Assembly: GCA_964016885.1 (NCBI GenBank)
Contig: OZ024743.1
Coordinates: 320,664,001 to 320,728,000 of the forward strand
Direction of reading: 5' to 3'
DNA length: 64,000 bases
From: Eledone cirrhosa
Lineage: Eukaryota
Position 1 is the stretch's first letter. Each line of letters begins with the position of its first letter. Made by a program: the position numbers and the translations under genes. The notes beneath the pieces were generated by a model. The model had not been told where the DNA came from, ran no database searches, and was given only the letters and a program-made list of their open reading frames with translations. Shown piece after piece: positions 23,531-37,065 of this stretch.

Positions 23531-25852
23531 TTATGTAATATTCGGCTTGTAGTGGGAAAAAAGGGTTTTAGTTCTGTGACGGCAGAATAATGTTCGTTCA
23601 ATTCTGTTATTCAGCAGTTTCTTCTTGTGTGTGATTATGTAATAAATCTCAAGATTACACAATTTGCAGAAATTTTGGCTCCTGGAAAAGCTTTGGGTTT
23701 TAGCTAATTTTTCCCATTTTAGGGTAAACTTTTGATTGCTATCCCTGAGCGTCCAAGCTTTCTCTGCTAAAGTTGTTACATTTCTTTGGCTCTGGTGTTT
23801 TATTGAGTAAGAATGCCTATACAATCGAGATTTAAACGATGTTGCCGTTGATCCCACGTAATACCACTCGTTGCCTCCGGATTTAATGGTACACTTATAA
23901 ATAATATTTTTTTCCAGGCAGTTATTGCCGAGGGGGCAGTTGTCAGGATAGGTGCAGTTACAGTTGTGTACGTTGGGTTTTCTCTGGAGTAGTATTGCGG
24001 ACGAACTTAGGTGTGGTTTATTTATGTTCTGTAGTGTATTGTCTACTGTTTTTTGGGGGTTCTTTGTACTTAAGTTCTTAGTGTTTTCGTTTAACCTTCT
24101 AGTATTGATCTTTTTTATGTGTTGTTCAAGGTTTAACGCTGTAGAGTATGACAGTCTTATAGTGGTAGGGTTTAGGATTTTGTGGTATTTGTGTGATGTG
24201 GGAAAATGTCTTTCAATTATTTTAAAGAAGAGTACTGGTAAATTTGTACTAATGGAGCTATTGTATTCGGGGTTATACCATAAGTACTCTTTGCATCGCT
24301 TTCTATTAGTTTTGTTTGTTGGTTTACTGGTGTGCATACTATGGTAGTAAGTGTGGTTTGGTGTTGTGTTATTATATCTACCTATGTGGGATTTATTTTG
24401 GGTGTTTTGATTGTTCCCATCTATGTACTCTATTTTGTTGAGGTAGCCTGCTTTACTAAGGGCGTTATCGTAGTACTCGGCGTGTTCCTTAAATACTTGT
24501 ATGTTAGAAGATAGACCCGAGATTCTAAGGGAAATATTTTTAGGGATAGATTTAATTGTAGAGATGGGGTGGTTAGACCCAACATTTACGTATTTGAGAT
24601 TTTCATTCAATTTATGAAACGGTTTAATCAAACCAGAGTTTAAATTGAGTGTGACATCCAGGAAGTTAACTACTTTAAGGTTGTATTCATATGTTATAGT
24701 TAGTCCTATTTCGAGTAGTAGTTTTCTTATATCTTTGCGTAGTTTTTCTAGTTTTTGGTTATTAAGGTTTTTAGCTAGGAGGAGAACATCGTCGCGGTAT
24801 ATTCCGCCGTGGAGATTGCTGAATTTTTCCTGGAGTCTAAAGGCGATAAATAACCCCACAATATCAGTTATTTCCGCCGAATCGTTAGAGCCCATTGTTA
24901 TGTCAAAGTTAGAGGGTCTATCTTTACGTACCCAATAACTGTTCTCAAATTTGACTATAGTTTTCCTAGCTTCTAATATAATCTTAATTTCATCGTTTGT
25001 AAGGTCGGAGTTATCCTTAGCAAACTTAATGGCTCTATTCAAAGTTTCAGGTGATATCGATGAGTAATATTCATCGATATCAAACTGGATAAACTTAGAT
25101 TTATTCTTATTGCTAATGCTATTAAACCATCTTATTGCTTCTTGGGTCTTCCCCCAGAGTTTAATGTTAACCTTAGCCTTAATTTGGGGGATGATTCTAT
25201 CTAAGATATATTTGCTTATTTTACCTATATCTGATTTAGAGGGGCAGATTAATCTAATTTTAGGGTCATTATCAAAGTTTACCTTGTGGTCCTTAAGATT
25301 GAAAGTGGGTACCGCCGGTAAGAGTGGTCCTGTCCTATCTTCGATTCCGAGATTTTTCACTATTTCGCATGCCTCATCATTGATGTGCTTAAGGGTTACT
25401 TCACTCGTTTTTCTATATTTTTTATGTAATTCTTTTCGAATGAAGTTGTTGTATGTAGTGCAATCCATAGTGTACAGGTTTGATGTTTTGTCCGCTTTTA
25501 CTACAATTCCTTTGGTGTTTTTAAGGTCGTCCAGTAGTTTTTTTATATCTTTCTGTAATTTGCTGTTGGTGTTGCGTCCTTTGAATTTAATTTTAAGGAT
25601 TAAGTTCATAAGGTCCTGCTCAAATGCACCTAATAGTGGGTTGGTGGGTGGGTTTTTACAAGTCCTAAAACCGAATTTGTTGTTTACACCACTTTCTAAT
25701 GTTGAGTTCATACGGCTTCTATCATAGTGGAGCGTTTTCCACCTGACACGTCGAATGAATTCATTAGTTTTTTGAATCATGCTCAATAAATATTCCTTTC
25801 TACCTTGGGTTGGTATGTTTTTGAGTGACATATCCCGGTAGTGTTTTTCCAT
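23531..25852 (-). CDS. Penelope-like reverse transcriptase + GIY-YIG endonuclease (773 aa, uninterrupted)
   Basis: KADK, FDIDEYY, MGS, GIYRDD, NFLDV RT motifs; CNC..CPL; IIYKC...YYVGST; CKLC; FCRH. Confidence 0.95.
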   Translation of the reverse strand: MEKHYRDMSLKNIPTQGRKEYLLSMIQKTNEFIRRVRWKTLHYDRSRMNSTLESGVNNKFGFRTCKNPPTNPLLGAFEQDLMNLILKIKFKGRNTNSKLQKDIKKLLDDLKNTKGIVVKADKTSNLYTMDCTTYNNFIRKELHKKYRKTSEVTLKHINDEACEIVKNLGIEDRTGPLLPAVPTFNLKDHKVNFDNDPKIRLICPSKSDIGKISKYILDRIIPQIKAKVNIKLWGKTQEAIRWFNSISNKNKSKFIQFDIDEYYSSISPETLNRAIKFAKDNSDLTNDEIKIILEARKTIVKFENSYWVRKDRPSNFDITMGSNDSAEITDIVGLFIAFRLQEKFSNLHGGIYRDDVLLLAKNLNNQKLEKLRKDIRKLLLEIGLTITYEYNLKVVNFLDVTLNLNSGLIKPFHKLNENLKYVNVGSNHPISTIKSIPKNISLRISGLSSNIQVFKEHAEYYDNALSKAGYLNKIEYIDGNNQNTQNKSHIGRYNNTTPNHTYYHSMHTSKPTNKTNRKRCKEYLWYNPEYNSSISTNLPVLFFKIIERHFPTSHKYHKILNPTTIRLSYSTALNLEQHIKKINTRRLNENTKNLSTKNPQKTVDNTLQNINKPHLSSSAILLQRKPNVHNCNCTYPDNCPLGNNCLEKNIIYKCTIKSGGNEWYYVGSTATSFKSRLYRHSYSIKHQSQRNVTTLAEKAWTLRDSNQKFTLKWEKLAKTQSFSRSQNFCKLCNLEIYYIITHKKKLLNNRIERTLFCRHRTKTLFSHYKPNIT

Positions 25853-27154
25853 TGTTGTGGTTGCGTTTGCTGTGTGGGTTGCTCGACTTTACAGGAGGTA
25901 AATATACAGTATTTTCCGTTGTGTTGTAATGTAAATATTACACACAGTAGATTATCAGCTCACGTAGAGTTTGCTCGACGGTTCCAGTTGTAGTTCCAAA
26001 AGTAATCCGGAGAAAAATAGAAAGATTTGAATGGATACAGTTTAGTTGAAAGGAATTTATTGACACGTGTTTCTATAACAGTTACATAACCTAAAATAGC
26101 TATCTACAAACTTTTAGTTACGCAGACATTCAATATTTCAAAAATAATTAAAAGACATTTTCCCACATCACACAAATACCACAAAATCCTAAACCCTACC
26201 ACTATAAGACTGTCATACTCTACAGCGTTAAACCTTGAACAACACATAAAAAAGATCAATACTAGAAGGTTAAACGAAAACACTAAGAACTTAAGTACAA
26301 AGAACCCCCAAAAAACAGTAGACAATACACTACAGAACATAAATAAACCACACCTAAGTTCGTCCGCAATACTACTCCAGAGAAAACCCAACGTACACAA
26401 CTGTAACTGCACCTATCCTGACAACTGCCCCCTCGGCAATAACTGCCTGGAAAAAAATATTATTTATAAGTGTACCATTAAATCCGGAGGCAACGAGTGG
26501 TATTACGTGGGATCAACGGCAACATCGTTTAAATCTCGATTGTATAGGCATTCTTACTCAATAAAACACCAGAGCCAAAGAAATGTAACAACTTTAGCAG
26601 AGAAAGCTTGGACGCTCAGGGATAGCAATCAAAAGTTTACCCTAAAATGGGAAAAATTAGCTAAAACCCAAAGCTTTTCCAGGAGCCAAAATTTCTGCAA
26701 ATTGTGTAATCTTGAGATTTATTACATAATCACACACAAGAAGAAACTGCTGAATAACAGAATTGAACGAACATTATTCTGCCGTCACAGAACTAAAACC
26801 CTTTTTTCCCACTACAAGCCGAATATTACATAAAAGAGGGACATCCCCCAACTATATAAACCTTAATCTAGTTAGAAAAATATAAAAACAATCTCTTCTC
26901 AACATATATTAATAACCTTAAATTACCATACTAATAATGAAAAGATATGCTGATGAGAATAGGTACAAATATGCGATAATGAATGTGTCTAAAAACGTCC
27001 ATAAGTATGTATATATATGTGAAAATGTATATAAATAAGTAAATATATATATATGTTTGATGTGTATAGTTAGATGTAAGTGTATTCATGTATTAAAGTG
27101 CTTATATATATATATATATGTGTGTGTGTGTATATGTGTGTATATATGTATGTG

Positions 27155-27185
<31 letters not shown>

Positions 27186-27775
27186 GTATATGTATATATG
27201 TATATATATATGTGTATGTATGTATGTGTATATGGATGTGTATGTATGTGTATGTGTGTACACATGGACTAGAGTATGTATGTATATATGTGTGTGTCTA
27301 TACGTGTGTATATATAAAGATAAGTTGAGTATGAAAATGTATACACATGAGCGCGTATGTATGTACATGAATACATGTGTGTATATATATGTGTATGCAT
27401 GTGTATATATATGTAAGTATGAATATGTGAATTGTGAGTATATGTATTTTGTAGAGGTGTGCAAATATATTTGTGTGTGAATGCGTGGGTGAAAGAATAC
27501 GTACACTTGAAAGAAAAATTTAAGTCTGAATGTTAAGTGCAAACACAAAACCAACCACGCATATCTTTACTATCTCTAATCCTTCTATAGATTTAGAAAA
27601 ATAACCAATAATATATTCTATAAAAAATGTCAAAACAACAGATGGGAATCTAATTACTCACTGCCACCAAGAATTCTCACTGCTATCGAAAAACCACTCC
27701 TTCAACTATTCTTCTAACAACTTCAGCCCTTCCTCCTAATATTCTCTATAAAAACTAAATAGGTCCTCAGTAATA

Positions 27776-27892
27776 TTATTCTGATGAAATGACAGTAAAT
27801 AATAACATTGAAATATTGAATGTCTGCATAACTAAAAGTTTGTAGATAGCTATTTTAGGTTATGTAACTGTTATAGAAACACGTGTCAATAA
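27776..27892 (+). ncRNA. Type-I hammerhead with large branched stem II
   Basis: Stem I TTATT/AATAA; CTGATGA; stem II ATGACAGT/ACTGTTAT enclosing about 70 nt; GAA; palindromic stem III ACACGTGT; site GUC at 27887. Confidence 0.8.
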
Positions 27893-27926
27893 ATTCCTTT
27901 CAACTAAACTGTATCCATTCAAATCT

Positions 27927-28003
<77 letters not shown>

Positions 28004-28549
28004 GATAGGGTGGAAGAAAAAAATGGCTTCACTTGTGCTTTCAACAAATTTATTTTTTTCACAAAATCCAAAAATATTTTTTTTCCGGATTAGAAAAATT
28101 TTTTGTTTTCTAATTTTTTTATAAATTAAGTCGTTGGTTGTTGGTTAGGTCTTAGGAGTTCTTGGTTAACGTAGGTGGTATTGTTTCGTTTTTAGAAAGA
28201 CCTTTCACGCTGAGGTGCGCTTGTCAAACTGATGTGTGTGGTGTGTTGTTCTATATATAGGGATTTAACATGTTTGTGGTGCGGTGGGGTTAGTGTAGGG
28301 GTGTAGGTGTGTTGAAAAAATGTTAATAGCAGTAATGAGTTGAGACGGTGAGTAGGGTTGGGTGGGGAAAAATGTAGCAAGCGCGTCCTGCCCCGGTCAT
28401 TCTCGAAAATTTCCTTTATTCAGAGGAAAAAGCTTTTAGTATTCCTTTGTATCGAAAATGGTCATCGGCAAACCGCACCTGCCAAGCTTGTAAACAATTA
28501 TTTTTTTCTGAAGAATTTGTCTACGTCCATCCCAAAATGAGTCCTTTGG

Positions 28550-28741
28550 TCAACACACACATATGCGCGTATATACGTACATACACACACGGGCATATGT
28601 AGGAATATATAGGCACACACCATCAATCACACACCCATGTACATATAAATCCACATACATACATAAAAACATATAGAGACACATATAAAAACACATATAC
28701 ACATACGTACACACACGAATATGTACTCATACCTCCACATG

Positions 28742-28783
<42 letters not shown>

Positions 28784-29030
28784 CATATACATATATATAC
28801 ACACACATAAAGATACATAACTAAATATACATATATACACATACATACACACACGTGTACACACACACACACACATATACATATGTCCGTATATATACAT
28901 CCGTTCACACATACATGCATACACACACACACATACACACACACACATATATATATATATATACATATACATACATACATACATATACATATATATATAT
29001 ATATATATGTACACACAAACACATAAAGAC

Positions 29031-29061
<31 letters not shown>

Positions 29062-29420
29062 TACATCTACATACATACATATACACATACAGAAACATAC
29101 ATACACGTACACACATATATACATATATGCACATACATACACACACACACATATATAGATACATACATATACATACACACACATATAAACATATATCTAT
29201 ATACATATATATATATATATACACACATATATATATATACAAATATACACATACATACATATACATATATATATATATATATACATACACACATACATAT
29301 ATATATATATATACACACACACATACATACATACACACATCCATACATATATATACACACACATACACACACCCACATACATATATACTCACACGTACAT
29401 ACATCCATACATACCTACAC
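28550..29420. repeat. Long compound (CA)/(TA)/(CATA)n microsatellite
   Basis: Direct inspection. Confidence 0.95.
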
Positions 29421-29860
29421 ACCGTTCACTCAGATATTCATGTGTACACATAAGAAGAGGGGGGGGGGGGATTAGTGAAATGGAATTTTACCTCCGAGTG
29501 TTAATTCATTTTTTCGTGTTCAGTAGTGGTTTATATATATATAGTTTAGCGAGGTTTTTTATATGAAATCGTGTGTCGAAACAAATATTATTATACTTGA
29601 GGAAAAAATATAACACCACTGACGATGTTGCAGATGTGCAACGAAAGATTTATGTAAATTATGTAAACTATATATATGCGTTTGTGTCTATATTGTATCT
29701 GTATTATTTTTGACCGTCGGTCAGTCAATGGCAACATAGAGGACCGATTAAGTTAGATCGGAGATATAAAAGACAGCGAGAAGCGAAAACCAACCAAACA
29801 GTGAGTGTGTTCTGTTATTAATTCTGGCAATATTACACAAATATGACCCTCCACAAGTAT

Positions 29861-29893
<33 letters not shown>

Positions 29894-30099
29894 ATTATAA
29901 AATGTGGAGAAGGAGCACACGAGTTGGAATATATATATATATGAAAATAGGGAGAAAAAGACGATTATTAGGAAGAAAAATATATATTTTTCCTTTTATT
30001 CTCTTCTCTTTTTTTCTGGGTTAGAAAATGTTTAAAACAAAATATTTTACTTTGTGTGAAGTGTTAAGGTATTAGTTAATTAATTTATTAATTAACAAC

Positions 30100-32205
30100 G
30101 GCTTTTATTTATTTATTTATTTAAATATTTAATAATTGTCTATTACCCGTTTCAGTATTTTATGCATTATCAAAGGGGGCAATTTGTATTGGTATAAAAT
30201 GTTGGAGAGAAAATAACGTGATGTTGAACATGTTAAATAAATGGGAAAGAAAGAATAATATTATTTACAAACAAGGTTTTTGAAGTAAAAAGAAAAAAGA
30301 AAAAAAAGGGGGTGATGTGGAACATAATAAGGTAATGGGAAAGAAAGAATATTATTTGCAGGCATAGTTTTCAGAATAAGCAGTTCAAAATGTGTTATTA
30401 TGGCAAGAGCGCTTGGTTGGTCCATAATGGAGAAAAATAGTAGTCTGGGGTTTGATATGATTTCCCTTTTTAGAGAGTTAATATACAGGGGAGAGGGGGT
30501 AATTCAGGGTGGTCAGGCAGGGGAGAGAGAAATGAGACGGGGTAATTCATATATATAAGAAAAAGGATTAGGTAGGGTGTTAGGCAGGTAACTCTTTAGA
30601 GAACATAGGAATTGGGCTTTGGTTCATTGTTCGTTCCAATTTTGGTTTAGTCCGAAGCTTAGTCCATTAAGTAGAGGTTGGAATTTGTTAATGAAGTACG
30701 TTTCCTTATTGGTACGATGGATGAAAGAAGCGTTGTCTATGAATTTGTAACTGGGGAAAATGTTAAAGTTTCGATGTTGGTTAGGTGTACAATTGGCGAT
30801 ATGTTCACTAAAAGCAATCTTTCTGTATTCCTGTATTTTGATTTGTGATCTATGGACGGAGGCTGTTTTTTGTCTGTCCTATTTAGTGCTCTCGACAACT
30901 TGAGCAGGTCAAAACATAGATTAGATTTTCAGATGCACATGCACATTAACTGTGAAATGTTGTCCTTGTTTAAAATGGAATGTTGAAACTTCTATTAGAT
31001 TTATGCAAATACCGCAGTTGGGCCTTCCGCATTTTTTTTACTGTAGGTTTCATTGTGAGGGTTGGTTGGATTTTGGCTTGTCTGGGGATGTTTTTTATGG
31101 ATATAGGTTGCCTTTCGCTCTTTATGATGTTGTGTATTTGGAGGATTTTGTTCATTCTTGGGTCTCTTTTTAGTAAAGGAATGTTCTGGAGGATGGTGCC
31201 GAATGCCTCATTGTTGACGGGGTTGTGTGTGGAGATGTATGGTAGAGTTTTCTGTTGCGGTTCATTCCTGGGTTTGGGGTGTCTGAGTTCCTGGATGTTG
31301 AGTTTTAGGGCACGTTGGAATCCATTGTTGATTAGGGAAGGTGAGTAGTTTCTGCTGATAAGTGTGTTCTTTAATACTTCTAGTCATGTTTAGCATGTGT
31401 ATTTATCTGAAACTATTGTGCAGATCCTTCTGGCTAGGTTATAAGGAATTGCCATTTTGGTATGGCGAGGAAGACAAGACTTAAATGGAAGATATTGTTT
31501 GGAGTCTGTGAGTTTGTAGTATATGTCTGTTTCTACTTTGTTGTTTGTTTTCTTGATGAGGATGTCGAGGAAAGGGAGTTGTTCATGGCTGTAATCCATT
31601 GTAAATTGTAAGTTTGTGTTGCGTCCATTTAGAAGGGTTTTAAACTCAATCAGTCTTTCTATACTCTCATGCCAGAGGAAGAAGCAGTCGTCCAGATATC
31701 TCTTCCAGTTTTTTCTATGTGTAGGTAGACGTGGTTACCGTATTTGTCTAGGACTTTGCGGTAGAGAATGGTTTCCAAATATCCCATGACAAGGTTGGCG
31801 TATGGCAGTCCCAGATTTCTGTCTGTAGTATTTGGCATCGAATTCGAAGAAGTTGTTTTCCAAGATGAATTTGAGTCCCTCCAACACAAATTCTTTTGGG
31901 ATGCGTTGTGGAAGTTCACTATGGAAATTTTCAAGCCAGAATTGTATTGCCTCTATACCTAGGTTGTGTTGGATATTGGAATATAGATTGATGACATCAA
32001 AGGTTACTAGTAGGGTATGTTCATTATTAAGTGTTGTTGGGAGGTGGTTGAGCACGTCAAGGTCATCCCTTATGAAGCTTTTTATGTGTTTTACGAAAGG
32101 TTTAAGCAGAATATCTAGGAAGTTTCTTAGACGGTGGGTTTCACATGTGGTACCTGGTATTATGGGTCTTAATTTAAGGTCATCAGGAGGGGGTATATTG
32201 ATGTA
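30100..32205 (-). mobile_element. 5'-truncated decayed Penelope-like element (different family)
   Basis: LRPII, LVTFDVINLYSNI, YYRQKSGTA, RYLDDCF, LPFLDI motifs with frameshifts; degenerate hammerhead TTGATAA...GAAACGGGTA near 30140-30180. Confidence 0.85.
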
Positions 32206-32613
32206 AATGTCTGTGGCCTGCTTGCATATATATATATATATGTGTGTGCGGGTGTGTGTGTGCGTGTGTGTGTCAATGTAGGTGTGTGTATAAGTGTGAG
32301 TGCGTTTCTGTGTGACTGTAATGGCGTATCAATATTGATATATTCATGCTGGCGATTTCTGTCATCACATTCGATACTAGATGCCTCATACAAAATATAG
32401 GATAATTTTTCCAAACTATAATCAATATGAACAATAATATTACATGATGCACAGGTGTTACATTAAATGTAATATAAAGTGTTATATATTTTGTGTCGGA
32501 AATTTTTTAAAGCACATTTTGTTACAGCCTAAAAATTTATTGATTTTAAATTATTGCACATTTGAGGCAGTACCGAATACTAATTCTCAAGTTCTTAATA
32601 TATCTGACAATAC

Positions 32614-35600
32614 AATGAGGCCGGAGAGAATCTCCAAAATACCCGAAAAAGTTATCATCGACGACAACAACAAAATAAACATTTCGGTAGAAGGGCGTAA
32701 ATTTCTTTACTTTCGCTGTGGTAGCTAGCACATCACACCTAAAAGACTCCTGTCCTTCACAAACACACCACAACCCAACAACATCATTAAAAAACACTAT
32801 TACCAACACCAACACCAAAACAACCACCATCACCACAACTACAACAACAGAGGAAACGAGCAACCACACCAAAAAAAAACAGCTACTCAACCAACAACAA
32901 CAGAAAAAACAGAGACAACACCCCTGAAGAACACAGCCCCACCCCATCCCACTCCATAAAACACTACCACAAACACACACACCGAAACACCACCACCACC
33001 ACACAACATACCCCTACCCCACACTCCTGACGATGATTATTAATTGACAGATGAGGCTGCTTCTCCTGCTTTAAGTGAAGAAGAGCGAGAGCCGCGGAAA
33101 TTTAAAAATCAAAAAAAGAGACACCACAAAACCCCCAAAACTCCAATCACCAACACCAACACACAACCACAGACACAAATAACAACAGAAACAATAGCAC
33201 AATCAAACATCGCCCTACCAGCAAAACCAACAGCAACACCACCCCAAGCAAAAGCACCCACCATAAAAAGAAAACTCCTGGACGAACAACAAACTAAAAC
33301 AACACAATAAAAACGCAAACAACAATATGCATACATCAACACAAACAACAAGAGTTTGATGGAGGTCATCTCCCAAAACCCAAAGGTAAAGACGGAGGGC
33401 AAAACTTTCGTCAAAGCAGAATCGTCTCCAAGACTTAAACTTCTAAGGGTTTCTATGGAAACATATAATGACCTAAAAATAAATTTTCACAGGACGTGGG
33501 CAACCCTGCCAGAAACCCATCAACCGCGTCCTGTTCAAATGTTTCCCCACCCCACCCAACATCCCATCCAGCACCCAAATGGAGATTGAACAACCCGATC
33601 TCCAGGAAACGAACAGGTAAGTGCACTTTTCGTCCTTTTTCTCCAACTCTTCTTCACCAACATGGCTAGTTTACGAGTTGGAAGCGTGAATGCGCGTGGC
33701 CTAGGGATGCCCTGGAAACAGGGCCAACTTTTAAACGACCTTAGGTCACACAGTATGGATGTAATAGCCATCACCGAGTCCAGGATCCACAACAGGCAGC
33801 AACTATCCACCATCTTCGACGACTTTGAGATCTACGCATCTCTCTGTCAGCCAGGAGGTGGAGGTGGAGTGGCTGTCATGTTTCGGAAGAACCTGGAGGT
33901 CGAAGTACAACAAGTACATTTGGACCCGGAGGGTAGACTGGTAGTCCTAGACGTGAACAGTATTGGAGGTGAAGCCTTCAGACTGGTGGCCGTTTATGCC
34001 CCGACCGGGCAATCGCAATCACGGCCAGACTTCTTTAAGCGTCTAGAGTCTTTTCTGGGAATGTCTCGCTCCTTGCTTTTAGTGGGGGACTAGAATGGTA
34101 TCCTAGATGCACGATGGAACTATGTGGGAGCATGTCCCAGTAGAGCAGGGTTAAACAGCCTCAAAACTTTAATCGACCAATTCCAACTGGCCGATAGGTA
34201 TCGACTGGATCTTCCGACTGCACCACAGTGGACGTGGGCAAACCGCAATAGATGGTGGTACACTCTCAAGAAAGCAATTAAAATAGAATCGATAGGGTTT
34301 AGCAGAGAGTTAGCCTTAGAGAAAAACAAAATAGAAAGAGAACTATTAGCCAAGGTAGAGGAGGCACTTAGAAGTGGCAACGCGGCTAGAGTGTTAGCGT
34401 CGAGAACGGCACTGGACCAGTTCTTCGATGCAAAACACGAAGGCTGCGTGGTCAGAAGCAACTAACGTGCTCTAGGAAACGAAGGAGCGAAAGCTGTCAG
34501 CTGGGCCCGAGTAGCGAAGGCAGAAAGGGGCAACAAGTCCACGATTCGGTCTTTGAAAGACCAAAACGGACGCGTGCTACTTGACCCCAAGCAAATGTGC
34601 GCGACCTTTCAGCAGCACTTTGTTCGACTGTTTGAGCAGAACGACGGTGAACCTAACGGGGCAAAGGACTTTAGTTCATACCTCGACGGCCTGCCTCGTC
34701 TCTCGAACACGGACGCCGAGTTCTGCGAAAGACCGATCACGGACACTGAGATACGGGACGCTCTGGGCCGCTGCGGGAAACGCAAGTCACCCGGTCTAGA
34801 TGATCTCCCCAATCGGTTTTACATAGGCGTGCCGGACTTGTTCTCTGGCGTCCTCGAAGCCGTCTACTGCAATTGGAAGCAGAACGGGAGCATACCCAGT
34901 TCTGCAGGCAAGGGCGTAGTAACGCTGATCAGGAAAGACGAGAACCAGGTGGTCGAAATTAACAACTTCAGGCCCATAACTCCGCTCAACACAGAATTAA
35001 AGATTTGGGCCAAGATGCTAGCGACGAGACTGGCGCTTGTCGTCGAGAACCTGGTAGGGAAAGCGCAAACGTGTGCAATCCCGACCAGGTCCATACACGT
35101 CAACCTCCACCTCACGCGATACATCATAGAGAGGGTGGGTAGTAAACCCGGATTCGGTGGGCTCTGATCAATTTGGATCAGTCTAAGGCATTCGATAGTG
35201 TCGACCATCGATACTTGGAAGCGGTTCTCAAGGCGGCCGGTTTCGGTCTCGTTTTCAGAGGTTGGATCGAGGCGATGCACACCAGTATCTGCTCGAGGGT
35301 CAAGGTGAACGGCTACCTATCGGAGCCGTTTGCAATCACGCATTCCATTCGACAGGGGTGCCCTCTCTCCTCCATTCTGTATGTATTGGCTCTAGAGCTA
35401 CTACTGCAGAAATTGGAGCTGTTGCAGGGCATCCCTCTAGAACCGGGACTGCGCAATGTGACTTTACAGTAATGGTCTCGAGCACCTCGGAAATCGGGGA
35501 GATCGGCAACTTACTGAAAGAATACGAAACGCTGACGGGAGCAAAACTAAACCCAAACAAGTCTGTCGGTTTGCAACTCGCTACGTGGAGAGGCAAACCG

Positions 35601-37009
35601 ATGACCTCCGACAGCGTCGTTGGACGCTGGACGGACGGAGCGGTGAAATTGCTCGGGGTCTGGTTCGGTCCAGACCTCCAGGTGGAGAAAAACTGGAACG
35701 AGGTCACGGCCAAGGTGTTTGCGCTCACCCAGAAGTGGGCAGAGTGCAAACTGTCCTTGAAAGGTCGAGCGTAGGTGGCGAACATTTTCATAGCATCCGT
35801 CATCTACTACCGCTTGACTGTCGTGCCTTGTCCCCGTGAACACCTCGACAAGATGGAACGCATACTCTTCCAGTTTCTGCGGAAGAAGCAGGCTCCGCTG
35901 GTGCGGAGATCCGTCTGCTGCCAGCACCCTTCCAACGGAGGGCTGGGGCATCACCGACCCCCCAACCGATGTGGGCACCGTTTGTGAGACAGGCTTTCCC
36001 ACAGCTCGTTTCACTGACGGAGCTGCAGTCATGGGTCAAGAAAAGACCGAAAACGATGGGCGCCTGGCACATTGAATGCGCTGAGGCGCTCACAGTCCTC
36101 TGGCAAGCGGGTGCAGCAATCAGTGGAGACTCCACTTCGACATTCTATAAAGGGTCTGTACGTTACAAGGGCGACGACGTGCTCGGAGAGACTCTGGGCG
36201 TCGAAGATGATGAGCTCACCAGTCTGTTTGGTAGGACTTTCCGCCCGGGACCTATGGACAACTTCCAGAGGTCCCTGGCCTGGCAGTGCTACCGCGGAGC
36301 TCTACCAGTTCGTGACAAGATCTACAGGCACGGACGCCTCGGCACGGATCCTTCCAAGAAGACGTGTCCAAGATGCGAACAGGACATTGAAACAGTCCTG
36401 CACGCAATTGCAGACTGCACGGGCGTAACCGACTTGTGGAACTATGTAGAACAACTGCTGTCGAGTATGGGATAAAACCAGTTGACTGCCGAGTCTATAG
36501 TAAGGATCAAACCGCCAGCATCTTTCAAAAACGAAAGAGAGGCTGTTTTCCTCTGTACAGTGCCTATGGTGAAAGAAGTTATATGGTGGACGAGTTTGAG
36601 AGACTGAGGACAGATGCCTTTCTCTCCGGACAACAATTGATTCCCTTCTTTAAGTATCACTTTAGAAGGAGAATCAGAGAGGAGAGAGAGGAACTGCACC
36701 CCAGTAAATTTACTGAAAGGTGGGTGAATGAAGCGAAAATGGCCCGAGTAATTGTGCCTTCTCTGTTTATTAGCCTATATGTTAAAAAAGAGAGCAAAAG
36801 GAAGAAAGAAGGACTTGCACAACTCGTTCCTGGAGTTGAGGGTTGTTCTGTCGACGGGGTATTAAACAACCCATTTGTGGAGCTTCCCCTCTATTGGGGA
36901 TTTCGATTGTTGTAATTGTGTTTTATATATTTTACAGGACTGTATGTAAAATCCCCGGCATAACTTTGTATTGTCCCCTTTTGTTGTGAGCCTTTGTGGC
37001 AAATAAAGA

Positions 37010-37011
<2 letters not shown>
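32614..37011 (+). mobile_element. Tx1/L1-clade LINE, array unit A (5'-truncated in ORF1, defective)
   Basis: ORF1 remnant; ORF2 from ATG 33662 with APE, RT (QGCPLS, YADD deleted) and C-terminal Cys/His motif; ends GTGGCAAATAAAGAAA + (TCTA)n. Confidence 0.92.
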
Positions 37012-37042
<31 letters not shown>

Positions 37043-37065
37043 ATCTATCTATCTATCTCTCTATC

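Larger units (their letters stand above)
22318..27931 (-). mobile_element. Full-length Penelope-like element with partial tandem pLTR and inverted 5'-truncated copy
   Basis: 25902-26141 repeats 22317-22556 directly (offset 3585); 26141-27931 is an inverted copy of 22433-24223; both ends abut (TA)n. Confidence 0.95.

Noticed and set aside
23952-25727. Plus-strand ORFs antisense to the PLE ORF, and minus-strand ORFs in the Tx1 array
   Set aside because: Shadow frames with no recognisable motifs.
27781-27825. Short hammerhead using the first GAAA at ~27810
   Set aside because: No stem I forms; the downstream GAAA at 27876 gives a perfect stem I and a palindromic stem III.
22433-27931. Inverted repeat as an assembly or read fold-back artefact
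   Set aside because: The arms have substitutions, end at different points and match known PLE architecture; long-read confirmation is still desirable.
28190-29670. Hammerhead-like traces at ~28190-28245 and ~29615-29660 (also ~5750-5795)
   Set aside because: The core is mutated or stems I/III are missing; at most decayed pLTR remnants.
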